DNA from: Carcharhinus amblyrhynchos
Taxonomy: Eukaryota
Direction of reading: 5' to 3'
Length of the DNA stretch: 64,000 nucleotides
Assembly (NCBI GenBank): GCA_965287045.1
Contig: OZ336886.1
Span: forward strand, 5,518,001 to 5,582,000
Shown piece after piece: positions 25,546 to 38,215 of the stretch. Every line of letters begins with the position of its first letter. Within the stretch, counting starts at the first letter, position 1. Under the pieces are notes generated by a model. That model was not told the DNA's origin and searched no databases. It saw nothing but the letters and a program-made list of their open reading frames with translations. The position numbers and the translations under genes are program-made.

Positions 25546-26919
25546 GGAAATTGTATCCAATCCAACTCCTGGTCTAGTCTTTCATGTAGACTCTTTCAAT
25601 TGGTATTGGCAGTTTCCTTGCTCTGTCTCTTATTTAACCTGCCACTTCCTTTCATTGTTCAAGCTGGTACTCTTTTATTTCCCTTCTTTTGTGTCGGTGG
25701 TACACTTTCTCTCCCTCCACCACCCATTTTAGGTCAGTACATTTTTTAATAACCCCTCACTTGAAATTTTTCCCTTAAGCTTAAATTGACACTGTCTCCC
25801 TCATTTCAAAGTGCTGACTCAAGCTTCTATCCCTTCACCTTGTTGCTATCTATTTTATTCATTTTTTCCTTCATAACCATGCATTGTCCCACCTCTTGGT
25901 CTTTCATTGAAATTCATTTCCTCTTCGCTGCAAGGCATGTCCCTACCAAGTGTCAGTTTTCTAATAGCCGCAAGAGATTCCAACGTCTGCACCTATCCTT
26001 GTCCCCTCACTGCTGTACACGCTCATGACAATTATTCCAGCCACTCATATGGGATTTTTTGTTGTGAAAATTCCCACCAAGTAGAAAGACTGCTGATAGC
26101 TTCAGGAAGAGGTAATTGAGAGAAGAGAGGACTTGTTATAAGCACTGAAATGCTGAGTGTCAATATAAATGCAAATACTTGATGTATATGTTTACAGTGC
26201 ACAGAAAAGGATCTGAATAGAATAATGCAGACAATAAATTGGAAATAAAAATCACATCAATGCTGAATATCTGGAATAAAAATAGTGAAGCTGTAAATGC
26301 ACAGATCAGTTAACATGTATAAAGAAAAAAGGCATGTTAATCTTTCAGGTTTATGCTTGGTTTATTGGAATTCTGATACGGATAGCCCCAAGACATGATC
26401 TTTTTTAACTTTACAAATACTGACTGACTTGTTGTGTACTTCTAGTTTTTTTTATTTGAGATTACATTATCCTGGTCAGGATTTTGATGTAGCTAATATA
26501 TATTTGAGATTTAATGGGAATATTTATAGCCTGTCACATTATTCAATCTGTCCTCTGATTCAGTTGTTCTGGAGAATGACATTGAATGAGATGAAACCCA
26601 TTATGGTTTTTAATCATTGAATCAAACACTGTTTATTACATTCCCATTGGTCTCTTGGATTTGATAATTTGTCAACTTGTGATGCATACATGCATATCCT
26701 GAACGTATGGTCCCAGAAGTTGATGCCAAATGATCCATTTTTGTTGATTTTTATCTGTATAGACAGCAACCTTCAAATTTAAAATGCATTATTATATTAT
26801 AGTTTTACTTCCATTTATGTGGTGGCTGAAAATGATTTTAAACTTAAAGTATTTTACAGTGCCTTTCATTTACCTCATTGTGTGTCAAAACGCCAATAAA
26901 ATATTTTGTTCGACAGGGA

Positions 26920-27235
26920 CATTTAACAGCCACTTTGTTTGCAGAAAGACCGCACAACAAAAGATGGATGACTTTGATCTTGCTTAATGTTATTTAGAGG
27001 GTGAATGTTGGTCAGGATATTGGGAATACTGCCTTGCTCTTTCAATAGTGCCTCCAGTTTTGCACCCGCCCAAGAGGCTGGACAGGGCCTTGGTTTCACA
27101 TCTCACCTAGGAAATGGTACATCTGACAATGCACCTATCTTTCAGTACTGCACTCAAGTGTCAGCCTAGATTGTGCCCAAGTGTCTGGAATGGGGCTTGA
27201 ACCAGAATCATATGATTTCGAGGCAAAAATGGACA
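26920..27235 (-). mobile_element. DeuSINE
   Basis: cagtactgcactcaagtgtcagcctagattgtg..ggggcttgaacc (B box reverse complement). Confidence 0.65.
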
Positions 27236-27809
27236 CTTGGTTACTTAAATGCACAATCAAAAGTAAATACAAGAGGAGGTCTATAATGTTTTATAGTTAA
27301 AAATGTTGCAACATGACTTGAACAGTTTCCCTACCAAGATTTTTAAAAGTGATTTTTCTGTTCTAAGTTATAGACTATGTACTATTCACAGCTCAAGGTG
27401 ACACAGTGCAGTCAAATGTTTGCAAATCTCATTTCAACCACTTGAGTGATGTACAAAGTTTGGACGAGGTCATTCTCCTCCTAGTTCCCTTTGCCATTCT
27501 TTGGAAATATAGCTGACCTCTGCTGAGGTTTTGAAATCCTGGTGGAGATGGACATTGTGTTTGGTATTGTGTTTGACTGCAAGCAGAGGTTCTGACCCCA
27601 TGTGAGTGGCTGATGGTAGCAAAATGATGGTAGTGGATGTAGTTTTGAGGAGGAAATCCTTGCAGGGTGAGGGTTGGAGGAAGAACAGTGAAATGGGACT
27701 GATAAAATAGCTCTTTCAAAAGACCTGCATGGGAATGATGGGGTTAAAAGCTGTTTCCTGTGCTGTATAATTTTAGAAAATAATGGTAGGCTTGGGCATG
27801 GATATGGAT

Positions 27810-28400
27810 TGAAGAAAAAGAAATCATGTTTGACAACCTTATTGGAAGCTTTTTGAGGATGTTATTGTCAGAATAGCTAAGGAGGAACCAGTGGAGATGG
27901 CGTATTTTGATTTTCAGAAGGTCTTTGACAAGGTTCAACACAAAAGATTAGTAAGCAAAATGAGAGCATGTTGTGGGTAATGTACTGGCATGAATTCAGG
28001 ATTGGTTAATGGACAGAAATCTGAGATTAGGAATAAATGGATTGTTTTCAAATTGACAGGCTATGACTCATGGGGTACTACAAGAATCAGTGCTTGGGCT
28101 ACAGCTATTCACAATCTATATCAATAATTTACGTGGGGACTAAATGTTTCCAAATTTGCTAATGACAAGAAATGTGGTGGGAATGTGAGATGCGAGGAGG
28201 ATGCAAAGAGGCTTTAAGGGGATTCAGACAGGCTGAGAGTGGGCACAAACAATACAGCTGGAATATAATGTGTAAAATGCAGACTATGCACTTAAGAAAA
28301 ACAGATATGCGGAATATTTTTTTAAATGAGGAGAGACTGGGAAGTGTTGATGTGCAAAAGGTACTCCGTGTTCTTGATTGTCAGTCATTGAAAGTTAGCA
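27810..28400 (+). mobile_element. CR1 RT fragment
   Basis: DFQKVFDKVQHKRL, GVLQESVLGLQLFTIYIN, KFANDK remnants. Confidence 0.8.
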
Positions 28401-28479
28401 TTCAGTTAGAAAGTTTCGTATGCGTTGTTGTATGGTCAAATGCAGAAGCTGATTTACACACAAGGCCCAACAAACAGCT

Positions 28480-28660
28480 ATAAGGTAAATGACCAGATTG
28501 TCTCATTTTGATGGTGTTCATTGAGGGATGAAAATTGGTTAGAACACCTTCGTGTTCTTCACATAATTATTTGGGATCCTTTCTGTCCACCTGAACGCCA
28601 TTTACTCTGAAAGGCAGAACCTCTGGCAGTGCAGTACTCTCTCAGTCCTGCACTAAAGAG
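28480..28660 (-). mobile_element. DeuSINE fragment
   Basis: gggatcctttctgtccacctga..cagtgcagtactctctcagtcctgcact. Confidence 0.55.
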
Positions 28661-28689
28661 GAGTGTGCAGTGGGATGCACTCGGTTCTA

Positions 28690-29100
28690 TCTGGACCATT
28701 GCTTTTCACATTGTAGTATAAATGACCTGGTTTTGGGTGTAAGGGATGCAATTTTGAAATTCAGGAATGATTGAAAACTTGGTATAGTCAGCAGTGGTTA
28801 GCATACTTGAGGAAGATAGTGACTGGTGAAATGAGACATTTTGGGACAGGTAGTGTCAGCTAAATGGCACTACTTTGAATGGGGATAGACAAGCAAAAGG
28901 ACTTGGGAATGCATATTTTTGCAGGTGGAAAAGCACTTTGATGTTAAAAAAACAAATGTGACATTTGGGTTTACAAATAGAAGCATTGGATACAAAAACA
29001 AGGAAGTCATGCTAAATCTTTACAGAGCACTTGTTAGGCCTCAGTTAAAGTATTCTGTAAAAATTGGACATCACATTTTGGAAAGATGTCAATTATCTTG
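28690..29100 (+). mobile_element. CR1 RT fragment
   Basis: ORF 28919-29104: FGFTNRSIGYKNKEVMLNLYRALVRPQLKYSV. Confidence 0.75.
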
Positions 29101-30067
29101 GTAGAAAAATGGTAGGCAAGACTTAACTTGGCTTTTCAGAAAACAGATGGACTTCATATTGCAAATGAAAACAAGGAAATGGTAGAATTGTTAAATAATT
29201 ATTTTTTTGCCAGACTTCACAGTGGAGGAAAAGGCTGTTAAACCTACATTATAGAGAAATTAATCATGAATCAAGGACCTGAACTCAGTGAAGTTAATGT
29301 AAGCAAGCAAACAATAGTAGAAACAGTAATGGGACAAGAGATTGATGAATCCTCTATATGCTTTCCAAATTGCAGATATTTGAGTCGTCATCTTCCAAAG
29401 TGCTCTTGATTCAGGAATTGCCTCTTCCTGGTTGAAAATTTCAAAAATGATTTTATTATTTGAGAAAGGTGAGAGTGTGTTGATACTGTGCCTTTAAGAA
29501 ATGTATTTTAGTCATGTTTCTGTGCAGGATATTTTTTGCAGTCCTGTCCATCTTATTGGAGCCATATCTCTCTACAACTGGCATCCTGTATTGCTCTGAA
29601 GCAGCATACTTGCTTAGTCTGAACTAATGCTGTTCTGTTGTTCTTGGTGTTCCCCAATCAAAATTTTGCAGAGTGAGGCTTGATTGGGATTATTGACATG
29701 GTTGGTCAGATGACTGGGCACAACTAGATCTACACAGTATTCAAGCTTGAATGCTACTTTTGATTTGAGAGAGCAGTATCCGTCTTTCCCCCTCTCTGAA
29801 TTTAGAGACTGGAATCTGCCTGGAGATGAGTTTTTTTTGGAGATTCTGCTCTGAGAGTGAATCTTTCTCTGAGTGTTGTTACTTTGAAAGTTGCAGAGAG
29901 AGAGGTATCCCTTTCAGCCTCTGAAATTAGGAGACCCAGTTTACTTATCCGCTGTTTTGAGGATATATCCTTCTCTGGAACCTCTGCCTGGATCTTAGTC
30001 CTGAAGTGTTAAAAAGCTGAAAATCCAGCATGACATGAACATACTTGTTTTTGTGCTAACTAATTCT

Positions 30068-30420
30068 AAATGGATAAAGTAGATGTGGAGTGGATGCTTC
30101 CTCTTGTGGGGCATTCTCGGATGAAAGGTCATCCTCTTAGGATAAGAGGTAGCAAATTTAAAACAGAGTTGAGAACAAACTACTTCTCCCAAAGGGTTGT
30201 GAATCTGTGGAATTTGCTATCCCAAAGTGCGGTGGATGCTGGGTCAGTAAGTAAATTTAAGGAGGCCTTAGACAGATTTTTAATTGGTAATGGGTTGAAG
30301 GGTTATAGGGAGAAGACAGGAAAATGGGAATGAGGAGCATATCAGCCATGATCGAATGGTAGAGCGGACTCGATAGGCAGAATGGCCTAATTCTGCTCCT
30401 CTATCTTAAGAAGTTATGAA
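30068..30420 (+). mobile_element. CR1 3' end fragment inside the LTR
   Basis: ORF 30070-30333 GH.LRIRGSKFKTELRTNYFSQRVVNLWN plus tail aatggcctaattctgctcct. Confidence 0.85.
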
Positions 30421-30654
30421 AAGCAGTGTATGTCTATGGAGTAGTAATTTAAATTGGAACAATAGAGATAACTAGCTGTTAAGAATTGTACTTTGTCATG
30501 TTTGAGTATTTTCATTTGTAAAAGTTATGCTAATTCTTTTTGTTATATTTTAATTGTGTTCTTAAAATAAATCTGTTTTGATAAAAACTTCCTCATAGGT
30601 CACTTGAATCATACCTGGAGTGAAACATCTTATGTTTACCTTAATGCCTAAATC

Positions 30655-30802
30655 AAAGATGTGCGGGTTAGGTGAATTGGCCGTACTAAATTGCTTGTTT
30701 AGTTTCATGGGTGCTAATGAGGATGGGGCCAGGGTGAGATTGTGGTCAGTGTGGACTTGATGGGCCAAATGGCCTCCTTTTGTGCTGTAGGATCCTATGA
30801 TT
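30655..30802 (+). mobile_element. HE1 SINE 3' half inside the LTR
   Basis: aaagatgtgcgggttaggtgaattggcc...gggccaaatggcctcc..ctgtagga. Confidence 0.7.
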
Positions 30803-31829
30803 CGATGAAATGTAGAAGTTAGCATCTAGGCTAACTTTATAATACATCTCAGAGTTTCTGATCTGGTCATTAACAGTGAGAAACCAGGAAATTATAAACC
30901 TGTTAGTCTAACATCTGTTCTGGGGAAGTTAATTGCAGTCTATAATGAAGGACAAGGTGACTGAGCACTTGGAAAAAATTGAGCTGATCAAAGAGACGTT
31001 ACATGGTTTGTAAATAATGGGTCATGTCGAATGTGCTTAATTGAATTTTTTGAGGACAGGGGACTGATTTTAATGGATTAAATGAGCTGGTAAAACAATG
31101 GCAGGTGGATTTTAATGAAGGAAAATGTGAAGTAATCCAATTTGGGCAAAGAGAATAGATCTGAATATCATTTAAATGATGAAACTCGGAACAGTGGAGA
31201 CCTGAAGATATTTAGAGTTCTTGTACAAGTATTACTAAAGTGGACTTGTAATCTACAAAAATCATCAGAAAGGGTAGTAGAATGCTAACCTTTATAAAGT
31301 GTTAGAAAATAAAGGGATGGAAGTTCTGCTGCAGCTATACAATACATACACAAGACTACATCTGGAGTACTGAATGCATGCATCTCAAATGGACGTTGGC
31401 AGTATTTGCAGCATAGATTCACCAAAACGTTACTCGAAAGGTTGGATGATGATGAGTGATTACAAAACTAAACTTGCATTCTCTGGAATCAAGAAGATCA
31501 GTGGGTGATTTAATTGTGTTTTTAGGATTTTGAAAGGAATTGACATGGTGAATAAAGATAAATCTTTTCCACTGGTGGAGGCGCGAGGACAAGGATATAA
31601 TCTTCAAATCAGAGCCAGCCCTTTCAGGAGAGAAGGCTGGACGCACTTCTTACAAAATGTCGTAGAAACGTGGAACTTTCTCTCTTAAAAAGCAGTAGAT
31701 GCTAGTTCAATAATGTCTAAGATTAATAGATTTTTGTCTGACAAGGATATTAAAAGAAATATAACCAAAGTAGGCAGATACTACAGATCAGCCACAATGA
31801 GTGGCCTACTCTTTATCTCATGTCTGAAG

Positions 31830-32610
31830 GCCTTGGCGATGGTGAAAAGTTGTTTAGCTGGATCATACTGGGATGAAGGAGTTTTATTCTTGGACAGTTT
31901 GAAGAAGTTGGAATTGCTCTTATAGCAAAGTAGGTTAAGAGGAGGCCCAGTAGAGAGATTTAACATTTATTAGGGGTTTGTTGGAACAAGTAGAGAGAAG
32001 CTGATTCCTATGACAAATGGGTCAGTTATCGGAGACGTAAGATTTAATTGGCAAAAGAACTGGGGAAGACATTAGGAGATATATTTCCATGGAGGGTTAA
32101 GATTGACTTTCAGATGAGACATTAAACTCATCTGTTTGCTTGGGTGAACGTAAGTAATTCCATGAAATTATTTTGAAAAAGTGTAAGGGAGTTATCCCTC
32201 ATGTCCTGGTCAATATTACCCCTCAATCAACATAAACAAAATCTGATTATTATCACATTGCAATTTGCAGTTTGCTCAATGCAAATTAGCTGTCATATTT
32301 CCTACATTGCAAAAGTGACTGCATTTCAAAGCATTTTGTTGGCTGTAAAGCACTCTTGAGCTGTCTGGTGTTCATATAAAGCACTAGGAGATTGCTCATG
32401 TTTTTTGTTGGAGTGCTCTGCTAAAAGAGTAGTGGAAGCAGATTTTGTAGTAATTTTCAAAATGAAGTTGGACACACACTTGAAGAGGACTAATTTGCAA
32501 TGTTATGGGGAAATTACAAAGTCAAGGAGTAAATTGGACAGCTCTTTCAAAGAGCTGGTACAGGCATGATGAGCTGAATGGCCTCTTTCTGAAATGGATG
32601 ATTCTATAAA
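31830..32610 (+). mobile_element. CR1 3' fragment containing a DeuSINE piece (~32105-32400)
   Basis: aagtaggttaagaggag..., gtggaagcagat...agagctggtacaggcatgatgagctgaatggcct tail; insert matches 41850-42050. Confidence 0.6.
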
Positions 32611-33927
32611 GTGTCAGCCTAGAATTAGTATTTGGGGCCTTTAATCCACAATTTGACTCCAATTGATACTGAGCTAGACTGTGATTTGCATTTATATAAT
32701 TTGTCTCTCACATCTTTAAGCACTTAATATATTCTGTGAATCACTTTCAAGATTGTGGTTAGTACAGCAGCAGTTGTTGCAGCTATGTTTGTATAGCAAG
32801 ATCCAAAACAGCAAGGAACTGAATATAGAAAATGCTGCAAATGGGTCAATGTTTCACACCTGGGCTCCTTGCCAGAACTGAAAACTGAAGGACAAATGAG
32901 CTCTTCTGTAGGACTAGGCAAACTGTCTTTTAACTGCTATTTCTCCTTTATCTCCTCCACTGTCACTGGATCATCATGTGTAGTTGCTGTGAGCATGCCA
33001 GTTCTATAGTAGAGAAAGCTTGGTGGAATTATGCGATTCTGATGAGCAGCGCTTCTGCCATTGGGAGTTGGTTTCACAAATAACATTAAATCAGTTCTAC
33101 TGCAAGGATTTCTCTATAGTGGCAGGGGTGACTGAATTACACATCGCCCAGATGTGGACAATGTGTATTTGTCTTTCTGAAACAAAGGAATGCATTCAAT
33201 TTCCTCAATGTATATTGAGTATTTGTTTGTGTCTTTGCATATGCTTTTTTACCAAAGTGCTGTACACCTCTCTAGCTTATATTCAAATATAAATAGGCTT
33301 AAATCTCCATCTGTCCATTCTGCAACATTGAAAATAATGCAGTTACTGACTTGGACTAAAAAATACATTAGATCAGCACATTGTTGTTCCATGTCTAGAA
33401 TCTCAATTCAAATTCTTGTTCTGCTTGCTAGACTTAAAAGTCCAAGGTTTTGTCAGTTGAAACAAGAGTGCTACATTTGATGCTACATTTAATTCTCCCC
33501 AAAAACTGGCAGAATTGATACACACTGTCAGGGGGATACTCTTCTGAGATTCTTGTTAAGGTGCTTTATTAAAGTCAACTGTGTTTGATGGTGAAACGGA
33601 TGAACAAAATTAGAAGTATTCCAATCCTCGCCATTAGTGTCCAAAGCATTGTTCAGCACAAAATAAATCCTTCTGATGTTATACATGTTTTTGTAAAAAA
33701 TTGGTTGAATGCATTTATGGTGTATAACTTGTAAAATTTCTGGCTGTATTTCAGCCAATTTGGGACCATTTTTAAAATCAGTTGCTACCAGATTCAAAAT
33801 GCATAATAGGACGGAAGCAGTTAAAGAATAAAGAATTGAACCATTTAAACAAAGTTAGATTAGGCAATGAAGAGTAAAATTAATGTCAATTTAGAAACAT
33901 TGGATAATGAATTGGAAGAAAAAAGTA

Positions 33928-34200
33928 AGGTTTATTTATTAGTCACAAGTAAGGCTTACGTTAACACTGCACTGAAAGTCATGTGAAATTCCCCTAGTTG
34001 CCACAGTCTGTTGCCTGTTCGGGTCAGTGCACCTAATCACACCTTTCGGACTGTGGGAGGAAACCAGAGCATCTGGAGGAAACCTACACAGACATGGGGA
34101 GAATGTGCAAACTCCACACAATCAGTGATCCAAGCCAGGAATCGAACCTGGGTCTCTGGCGCTGTGAATCAGCAGTGCTAACCGCTGTGCTACCATGCCG
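33928..34200 (-). mobile_element. V-SINE, alternative-tail subfamily
   Basis: gtttatttattagtcacaagtaaggcttac tail through ggaatcgaacctggg B box and A box. Confidence 0.88.
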
Positions 34201-34424
34201 CAAGGATTGATCTAAAGTGAAACATAGTTAAAGAACAAACAAGAACAAAGAACAACACAGCACAGGAAACGGGCCCTTGTAATTTCCCCATAACATTACA
34301 AACCCATGCTGCCCATTTTAATACTCAGTGAGTGCCTCATTCCAATCCTCCTTCTACCTACAACTTTTGTCTACATCTCATGGACTCCACAATAAAGGGG
34401 TGCAAATTTAGAGAATTATATGTG

Positions 34425-34633
34425 CGCCAGATTAGGGGAGATCCCAATTTAGGGACAATTTATTAACACCAATTAGCCTAAAAGCACGTTTTTGGGGTGT
34501 GGGAGGAAACCGGAGCACCCGGAGAAAACCCACACAAGCACGGGGAGAATGTGCAAACTCCCACAGACACCGACCCAAGTCGGAGATCCGACCTGGGTCC
34601 CTGTAACTGCACAGCAAATAGTGATAATCACTG
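34425..34633 (-). mobile_element. V-SINE variant
   Basis: gtgggaggaaaccggagcacccggagaaaacccacac V-domain with a divergent head. Confidence 0.75.
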
Positions 34634-35779
34634 AGGGTGAAATTGTGTTCTGGTTTGTTTTAGTACTTTAGGGTTAATATTGTGGTAAACGTTTGTGATG
34701 TTTGATTAATTTATCTCTCATAATGTTTATTGAAAATGTTGCAGTGTGTGAGCTGGACATAAACAAACTAGTTAGTTTATAGAGATGGGAGTTTCCTTCA
34801 ATTTGTTGACACATTACAAGTTAAAATATTACTTTTTGTATTATTCAATATGTATGCATAAATCATGTTTTGTTTGGTAACATAAACTGAAAAAAATGTG
34901 TTTTTTTTTCCCCATTTAGATTAGAAATGGTAAGACAGACACTATTTCTGATACTTGCTGCCTTGGTCATTTGCCAACAAAAGGTTAATAACAATCCAAT
35001 GTGAAAATATCTTGTTCCAGTTAATATCTGATTTTGGTTGTACTCCACTGCAAGTAAGGCTGTATTGACAATCAATCAGTACTTAATGGTTCACTCAAAA
35101 ACTGCTGTCTGCTCACTTTATGACAATGAACTTGAAGGGAAATAAATGCAACAAATTGAACATTAACTGCTGAACGCCATACTCCTGATTGCAGGTTTTG
35201 CCAATATAGTCTTGGGTGGGGCGGGTCAGAGAGGATGTGCAGTTTTTTAAATTATTGATCATGAAAATCTAAACACAATCAGTCATCTGATTCACAACCG
35301 TGGAATTGTTTAAAAAACTGTATCCATTTTTCTAAAAAAATTCTCTTTTAGATCAATTTCATAAAATTAAGGGAAAATAACCAATTGTTAACATAAAAAC
35401 ATAGAAACATAGAACAGTACAGCCCAGTGCAAGCCCTTTGGCCCTCACTGTTGTGCCGAGCTTGTCCAAGCCCAAGATCAAGCTATCCCCCTCCCTCTCA
35501 TTCTGGTGTGCTCCATGTGCCTATCCAACAACCACTTGAAAGTTCCTAAAGTGTCCGACTCCACTATCATAGCAGGCAATGTATTCCACACCCCAACCAC
35601 TCTGAGTGAAGAAGCTACCTCGGACATCCCTCCTAGATCTCCCACCATGAACCTTTATAGTTATGTCCCCGAGTACCAGCTACATCCACCCGAGGAAATA
35701 GTCTCTGCACGTGCACTCTATCGCCCTCGTCATCTTATAAACCTCTATTAAGTTGCCTCTCATCCTCCTCCGCTCTAAA

Positions 35780-38215
35780 CATAACATAAGAAATAGGAGC
35801 AGGAGTAGGCCATCTAGCCCTTCGAGCCTGCCCCGCCATTCAATAAGATCATGGCTGATCTGTCGTGGCTCAGTTCCACATTCCCGCCCTCTCCCCATAA
35901 CCCTTAATCCCCTCTCTTATCAAAAACCCATCAACCCGCGTCTTAAAAATATTTAGCGAGGTAGCCTCCACCACTTCAACGGGCAGAGAATTCCAGAGAT
36001 TCACCACCCTTTGAGTGAAGAAGTTCCTCCTCAACTTCGTTCTAAACCGTCCCCCCTTTATCTTGAGGCTGTGCCCCCTAGTCCTACTATCCTTTCTGAG
36101 CGGGAAGAGTCTCTCCACCTCTATCCTATCCATCCCATTCATCATCTTATACGTCTCAATGAGATCTCCCCTCATTCTTCTAAACTCTAACGAGTACAAG
36201 CCTAATTTATTCAGCCTCTCCTCATAGCTCAACCCCTTCAACTCCGGCATCGGCCTAGTAAACCTCCTCTGCACTCCCTCCAAGGCCAAAATATCCTTGC
36301 GTAAGTACGGCGCCCAAAACTGCACACAGTACTCCAGCTGCGGCCTCACCAATGCCCTATACAGCTGCAGTAAGACCTCCCTACTTTTATATTCAATCCC
36401 CCTCGCTATGAAGGCCAGCATCCCATTTGCCTTCCTGACCACCTGCAAGCTGGGTTTTTGCGACTCATGCACAAGGACCCCGAGGTCCCTCTGCACCGTC
36501 GCCTGCTGCAGTTTTTCGCCACTTAAGTAATAGTCCTTCCTACCATTATTCCTACCAAAGTGGATCACCTCGCACTTGCCAACATTAAATTCCATTTGCC
36601 ATTTCCTGGCCCATTCGCCCAGCCTATCTAGATCCTTCTGCAGACTCTCCACACCCTCTGCACAATTTGCCGTTCCACCAATCTTGGTGTCATCAGCAAA
36701 TTTCAACATCCTACACTCGGTTCCCTCCTCCAGATCATCTATATAAATGGTAAATAGCTGAGGCCCCAGCACCGACCCCTGGGGCACTCCACTAGACACC
36801 ATCCGCCAATCCGAATAGCACCCATTGACCCCCACTCTCTGCCTCCTATTTGACAACCAATCCTCTATCCACACTAACACCCTACCCCCCAACTCCATGT
36901 CCCCTGACCTTCTGCAGTAACCTCTTGTGAGGTACCTTGTCAAACGCCTTCTGAAAATCAAGAAAGACCACATCCACCGGCTCTCTATCCACCGCCCTAG
37001 ACACATCGTCATAGAACTCCAGTAAATTTGTCAGACACGACTTCCCTTTAACGAAACCGTGCTGCGTCTGCTCTATCAAGCACTTTCTCTCAAGATGCCT
37101 CGCTATTTCCTCCTTGATGACGGATTCTAACATTTTACCCACAACCGACGTTAAACTAACCGGCCTATAATTCCCTGCCTTTTGCCTGGCACCCTTCTTA
37201 AACAACGGCGTAACATTAGCTGTTTTCCAATCTTCCGGCACTTCCCCGGAATCCAGCGACGTCTGGGAAATAACCACCAAGGCATCCACTATCACCTCCG
37301 CCATTTCTTTCAGAACCCTCGGATGCATTCCGTCCGGTCCTGGCGACATGTCCACAATCAGCCCCCTCCAGTCTGTCGAGCACCGCCCCTCTAGTAACAG
37401 TAATGTCATTAAGACCCTCCAGTCCTACCACCTTTCCATCTCTAACACCTGGCAAATTATTCACATCCTCCTCCGTGAAGACAGAAACAAAAAAGTTATT
37501 TAAGACCGCAGCCATATCCCCATCCCCTACCACTAAGTCCCCCTTCTCATCCTCTAAGGGTCCAACGTTCACCCTAGCCAGCCTCTTCCTTTTTATATAT
37601 TTATAAAAACTCTTGCTATCCTTTTTTATATTAAGCGCTAGCCCAGCTTCATAGTTTCTCCTACCCTTCTTTATCAACTTCTTTGTCTGTCTTTGTTGAC
37701 ATTTAAACCTCTCCTAATCCTCTTCTCGCCCACTACTCTTAGCTACTCTAAATGCCTCCGCTTTTAATTTAACACTTTCCTTCACCTCCTTCGTTATCCA
37801 CGGCTTATTACCTCTCCTCCTACTGTCCTTTTTGACCATCGGAATAAATTTCTGCTGAGCACCAAGAAGGATCTCCTTAAAGATCCTCCACTGCTCCTCA
37901 GCAGACCTACCTTCCAACGCGCTCCCCCAGTCCACATTCGCCAATTCTTCTCTCATCCTACCGTACTCCCCTCTGTTCAAACAAAGGACACACGTCCGGG
38001 AACCCACTTTCTCCTCCTCCATCTGCACCAGAAACTCCACCATACAATGATCGCTCTCCCCAAGAGGATCCTTCACCGCAAGGTCCCTAATTCTACCCGC
38101 CTCATTACATAGCACCAGATCCAAGATAGCTCGCTCCCTCGTCGGCTCCAACACACGCTGTTCGAGGAAACTATCCCGGCAGCATTCCAAGAACGTTAAA
38201 GCATTCCAAGAGCAT
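35780..38215 (-). mobile_element. Younger CR1 LINE (~2.4 kb, 5'-truncated) nested in the older CR1
   Basis: Own 3' tail (cataacataagaaataggagcaggagtaggcc), four long ORF pieces covering APE end to RT, CpG retained, taaa on both sides. Confidence 0.92.
35870..38190 (-). pseudogene. CR1 ORF2 (APE C-terminus plus reverse transcriptase), frameshifted
   Basis: ORFs 37714-38190, 37216-37677, 36882-37409, 35870-37012 with SDH, SPGPDG, NYRPVSLTS, DFQKAFDKV, GVPQGSVLGP, KFADDTK. Confidence 0.9.

Larger units (their letters stand above)
29478..30875 (+). mobile_element. Probable solo LTR with two nested retroposon fragments
   Basis: TGTT...AACA termini, flanking (A)GTG direct repeat, AATAAA at ~30566, cleanly interrupts a CR1 motif. 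Confidence 0.6.
29150..31820 (+). mobile_element. Decayed CR1 split by a solo LTR
   Basis: FEKGE (ends ~29475) joins EKPGNYKPVSLTSVLGKL (from 30878); continues to the 3' tail at ~31820. Confidence 0.75.

Noticed and set aside
35870-37012. 380-aa RT ORF as a retron, DGR or domesticated gene
   Set aside because: Ordinary CR1 ORF2 C-terminus; its N-terminal ~40 aa are out of frame and upstream parts are frameshifted
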